Positions 60,101 through 64,000 of a DNA stretch of 64,000 nt are shown here, one piece after another. The DNA is from Macrostomum hystrix (lineage: Eukaryota > Animalia > Platyhelminthes). Position 1 is the first letter of the stretch, and every line of letters begins with the position of its first letter. A model generated the notes under the pieces. That model was not told where the DNA came from. It searched no databases and worked only from the letters and a program-made list of their open reading frames with translations. A program made the position numbers and the translations under genes. The DNA is taken from contig CATNEN010000010.1 of the NCBI GenBank assembly GCA_950097015.1, forward strand, positions 372,001 through 436,000. Direction: 5' to 3'.

Positions 60101-62586
60101 AGCGGGTCGGACAGACAGAGATGGAGCGGGTCGGACAGACAGAGATGGAGCGGGTCGGACAGACAGAGATGGAGCGGGTCGGACAGACAGAGATGGAGCG
60201 GGTCGAACAGACAGAGATGGAGCGGGTCGAACAGACAGAGATGGAGCAGGTGGGAAATCGGGAAGGGGCAGGAGATATCGGTCCAGGGCCTGGGTCAGAC
60301 AGGGATCAGAGCCATAGGGCATTAGGCACGCTCTGTTCACATGCATTGGGCTGTGGATGTAATAATTGACCAGGAGAGTCCCGAAGAGCAAGGCGAAAGT
60401 CACGCCCCGGACCCATTCATTCTGTCCCTTTGCAACTTTACGCATTTGAGAGCAGCCGGCACTGGGGCAGGCTGGGGGCGGCCTTCGCAACTCGCGATCT
60501 TCAGGAGCTGCCGCGCACGCCAATGTCGAAAGGCCAAACGCTTGCTGGCAGTTTGTGCATGGAGGGGCGACATTCCCCATTTCCATTTCAATTCCCTGAA
60601 GGCACCAGAAAACCCGGACCACTCGGATTCCGATACGGCCGCCCTGATATCAAAACCTGATACTCCCATTGCAGCCTGTTGGAGCGGAATTTCAGTCCGA
60701 AACTCCACTTCCACACAGCGAACAGATTGCTTAACGATGGCAAAGCTTTCTACCGGCTTAGGGTTAATACTGTGTGTGAAATTCATTTTGAACAAACCTT
60801 CAACTTAGATTCTGACCATGACATTGTCATACACAGACTGCCCTCGGCCTGTACAAACTGTTCGGCCTGGAGGAGGACACTGGCCTGGGCCTCGTTGCCA
60901 TAGCAACCATGCCAGGTGGCGGTCTGGCCCATCTAACTGTCTACCTGATGGAGGGGGACAGGAATCTGTCCGCTGCAATCTCGCTGATGAACGCCCTGCT
61001 CAATCTGGGTGAGTACGGGGGGAACACGGCAGGATGGGGCGAGGCAGGCTGGCAGGGCCTTCCTGAAGTTTTGCAATGGGCCTGGCTGGCTGAGTTCCAG
61101 CAAACTGGGGGCATCCCTACAGACTCCCTGCAAACTGGGGGCATCCCTATAGACTCCCTGCAAACTGGGGGCATCCCTACAGACTCCCTGCAAACTGGGG
61201 GCATCCCTACAGACTCCCTGCAAACTGGGGGCATCCCTATAGACTCCCTGCAAACTGGGGCCATCCCTATAGACTCCCTGCAAACTGGGGCCATCCCTAC
61301 AGACTCCCTGCAAACTGGGGCCATCCCTACAGACTCCCTGCAAACTGGGGCCATCCCTATAGACTCCCTGCAAACTGGGGCCATCCCCATAGACTTCCTG
61401 CAAACTGGGGCCATCCCTATAGACTCCCTGCAAACAGGGGGCATCCCTATAGACTCCCTGCAAACTGGGGGGGCATTCCTACAGACTCCCTGCAAACTGG
61501 GGCCATCCCTATAGACTCCCTGCAAACTGGGGCCATCCCCATAGACTTCCTGCAAACTGGGGCCATCCCTATAGACTCCCTGCAAACAGGGGGCATCCCT
61601 ATAGACTCCCTGCAAACTGGGGCCATCCCTACAGACTCCCTGCAAACTGGGGCCATCCCTATAGACTCCCTGCAAACTGGGGCCATCCCCATAGACTTCC
61701 TGCAAACTGGGGCCATCCCTATAGACTCCCTGCAAACTGGGGGGGCATTCCTACAGATTCGAGGTTTCAAACAGCCTACTAACAGGCCGAACAGGCCAGT
61801 AGTCACTAGTGCGCATTCCAACTGGCCCAAGCTAATTTCGGGCCGCAAACCAACGTTTTCGCCGCAGGCCTCTGCCCGGCCTGGCTGGCCCTGCTCTCCA
61901 GCTGGCTTGGCTTCCGCATGCGGCTGCACAGGGCTGCCCTGTGGCTGCTGCCGCTGCTGGGCGCTCAGCTGACTGGCGCCCTGCTGGCCACCTGCCGGCC
62001 CAGCCTGGCCCAGGCAGCGCTGAACTGGGCTGGCAGGCCCCTGCTGCTGCTGGCCGCCATCCTCATGGTGACGCTGGGCATCTACATCAACCATTACGCC
62101 ATCGACCACCTGGACGCCCGGGCGCTCTGCTGCGTCCTCGTCTTCATAGGCATCGGCTTCAGCGCGGGCGGCCTGGCCGGACTGGCGGCCAAGCAGGCCA
62201 AGCCGAGACGGAAGGCCATGGCCGCCGAGGCCGCCGCCTCCGCCTGCCTCATCGCCATTCCGGCCGTGCGTTCGGCCTGCGAGCCGCCAACGTCCGACCT
62301 GGCCACGGTGCTGCCGCTGGCCGCTGCCATCCTGACCCCAGCGCCGATAGTCATCTACGTGGTGGCGCACCGGTTGAAGGGCTGGGTGGCCGGCTTTATC
62401 GATAGGCGCAAAGAGAAGCAGAGCCGGCAGTTCAGCATAGTCAGCAGTCTGGCCCGCATGGCCGAGGACGTGGCCGCAGTGTCGGCGCCGCTAGCCATCG
62501 AGGAGGCGACCGCGGGCGCGACGGCAGTCAAGGAAGAGACGACGGCCAAGGCGGCCACTGAGAAGCAGAAGGTCACGACTCTCTGA
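57195..62586 (+). CDS. SLC10 sodium/bile-acid symporter family member with a long N-terminal ectodomain (P3/SLC10A3/A5-like), 3 exons, 521 aa
   Basis: Exons 57195-57869, 60837-61008 and 61868-62586 join in frame. Signal peptide, IYIEANNVGRTAVLL, MCMGCMTDL, VQHALLPP|TALGLYKLF and ATMPGGGLAHLTVYLMEGDRNLS (SBF-domain PGG motif), followed by further TM helices. Confidence 0.85.
59748..60250. repeat. Intronic minisatellite, 24-bp unit, two subtypes
   Basis: GAGACAGAGATGGAGCGGCTGGGA followed by CAGACAGAGATGGAGCGGGTCGGA. Confidence 0.95.
61098..61755. repeat. Intronic minisatellite, 30-bp unit
   Basis: Unit CAAACTGGGG(G/C)CATCCCTA(C/T)AGACTCCCTG. Confidence 0.96.
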
Positions 62587-64000
62587 CCTGCTTGTTGGAA
62601 AACTGCTGCTTCGATGTCCAAGACTGACTGCACCCTCTGGCAGGGCACCCTCAGACAGTTACATTGAGAATGTGTGTGAAAGGGTTTAACCAGAAGTTTT
62701 ATTAGATCTTTAACGGCTGTCGATGCCTGCTTTTCATTGATGCTTTGTGATTTTGTGAGATGTTAATACCATGCATATAACACTCACTTATTGTAACGTT
62801 ACCACAAATATACTACTCAGTGAAAATAGCATTAGAATATGTTTACACAACTGCTCAAAGTGAATGCTTATCTTTTGATTGATTGTACATTTAATGCATA
62901 AATGAAGAATTATATTTGAATTAAATGGTATCCTAACTTACTAAGCTCTATTTAATGAAACTAACAGGATATTCAAAGTGTTTTGCAATGAGCATCATTA
63001 TTTTTAATACAAAAGGTTTCTAGCTTGTATTTTATTTATTGCTATGTGAAAGTTCATAAAAGATATGACACATATGTGGTAATAAAGACAGAAATAAAAT
63101 GATTCTGCATTAAACTTTTAAGAGGCTGTCCTCTGTGAGGAACCAGAAAATATATAACAAATATGAGTTTATGCCTAATAAATGCATTCATTTTTCATTT
63201 ATTCATTCTGAACAGATCCTTCTAAATGCATTCATTCTAAACAGATAAATTAGTTAGGTCTATACAGCTAATAGTGCAATAAAAAATATATATATAACAA
63301 ACACATTGTAGTAATGTCAGAAATGTATTTTGATTAAAAGTTGAGAAAGGAAATAATTTTAATGATATGGATACTTGACAAAGTTATATTTTTGGTTGCT
63401 TTCTCAAAATGTTTGATTCAATATAAAGTACAATTGTCATTTTTGAGACTCTGGAACTTTGCAAACCCGATATTGGCCAAAAAGAGACCAAGAAATTTAT
63501 ATAGAAACCAAAAGCACAAAAAAATGCTAATGTAAAAAAACTAATGTTTTAAAATTACAATTCTCATTCCTAAAGAATCACTGTTTTATTGAAAATAGCT
63601 CATAATTTGAAAAAAAAACAATTTAATATTTCTTAAATGTACAAAATATTTGTAACAAGAAAGTGGAAATGCAAATAGGCCTATAATAATCGCATAGGTA
63701 AGATGCTTATAATTTATTGAGAAAAAGCTAATATTATTTGCTTAATCAATGCCAATGTCAATCAAAGCATCTAAATGTAAACAAGAACTGCTTAGATTAA
63801 CTAGGCTATTAATTATTGCCAAAATTTAATAATAAACAAGTTTCCTTAGAATGTCTACATTATATATTTCACAAATAAATTTGTTCCTCTTTCATTAAAT
63901 AGCTTGATGATTTTAGACTGGTATTAAATTAAAATGTACCCACCAATCTATAAACAAATGCAGAAGTATAGCAATGAAAAATATGGTTATATCCGTAGTG

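Noticed and set aside
59669-61735. Repeat-peptide ORFs (RQRWSGWE, QTGGIPTDSL)
   Set aside because: Intronic arrays; the real SLC10 exon ends at the GTGAGT donor at 61009.

Overview
Eukaryotic, intron-containing animal genomic DNA with GC-rich exons in AT-rich or minisatellite-filled spacers. The style is reminiscent of a free-living flatworm such as Macrostomum, but that is inference only. Manually spliced genes: four ankyrin-repeat genes (three ending in a death-domain-like module), CRELD with a C-terminal RDEL encoded across a micro-exon, a secreted PAN/apple + LamG-like protein, an orphan coiled-coil ORF, a minimal SHARPIN/HOIL-1-like LTM-UBL-NZF protein, a small 4-TM claudin/PMP22-like protein, hexameric polyubiquitin, a complete classical calpain, TRAPPC13 and an SLC10 (P3/SLC10A3-A5-like) transporter. 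Mobile DNA: a decayed Ty3/gypsy element whose pol is replaced by a LINE-derived piece, two tRNA-derived SINE families (two copies each) and an inverted pair of hAT-Charlie MITEs. About 13 minisatellite arrays cover roughly one sixth of the window and account for most long artefactual ORFs. The most striking structure is a head-to-head pair of ankyrin genes (2708-3997 minus, 9512-10864 plus). They share a near-identical 813-bp inverted cassette but keep deeply diverged, still homologous C-termini carrying a DSGxx(S/T) degron-like motif and a death-domain-like tail. This suggests an IkB/p105-like module pair undergoing gene conversion, or possibly an invertible switch.
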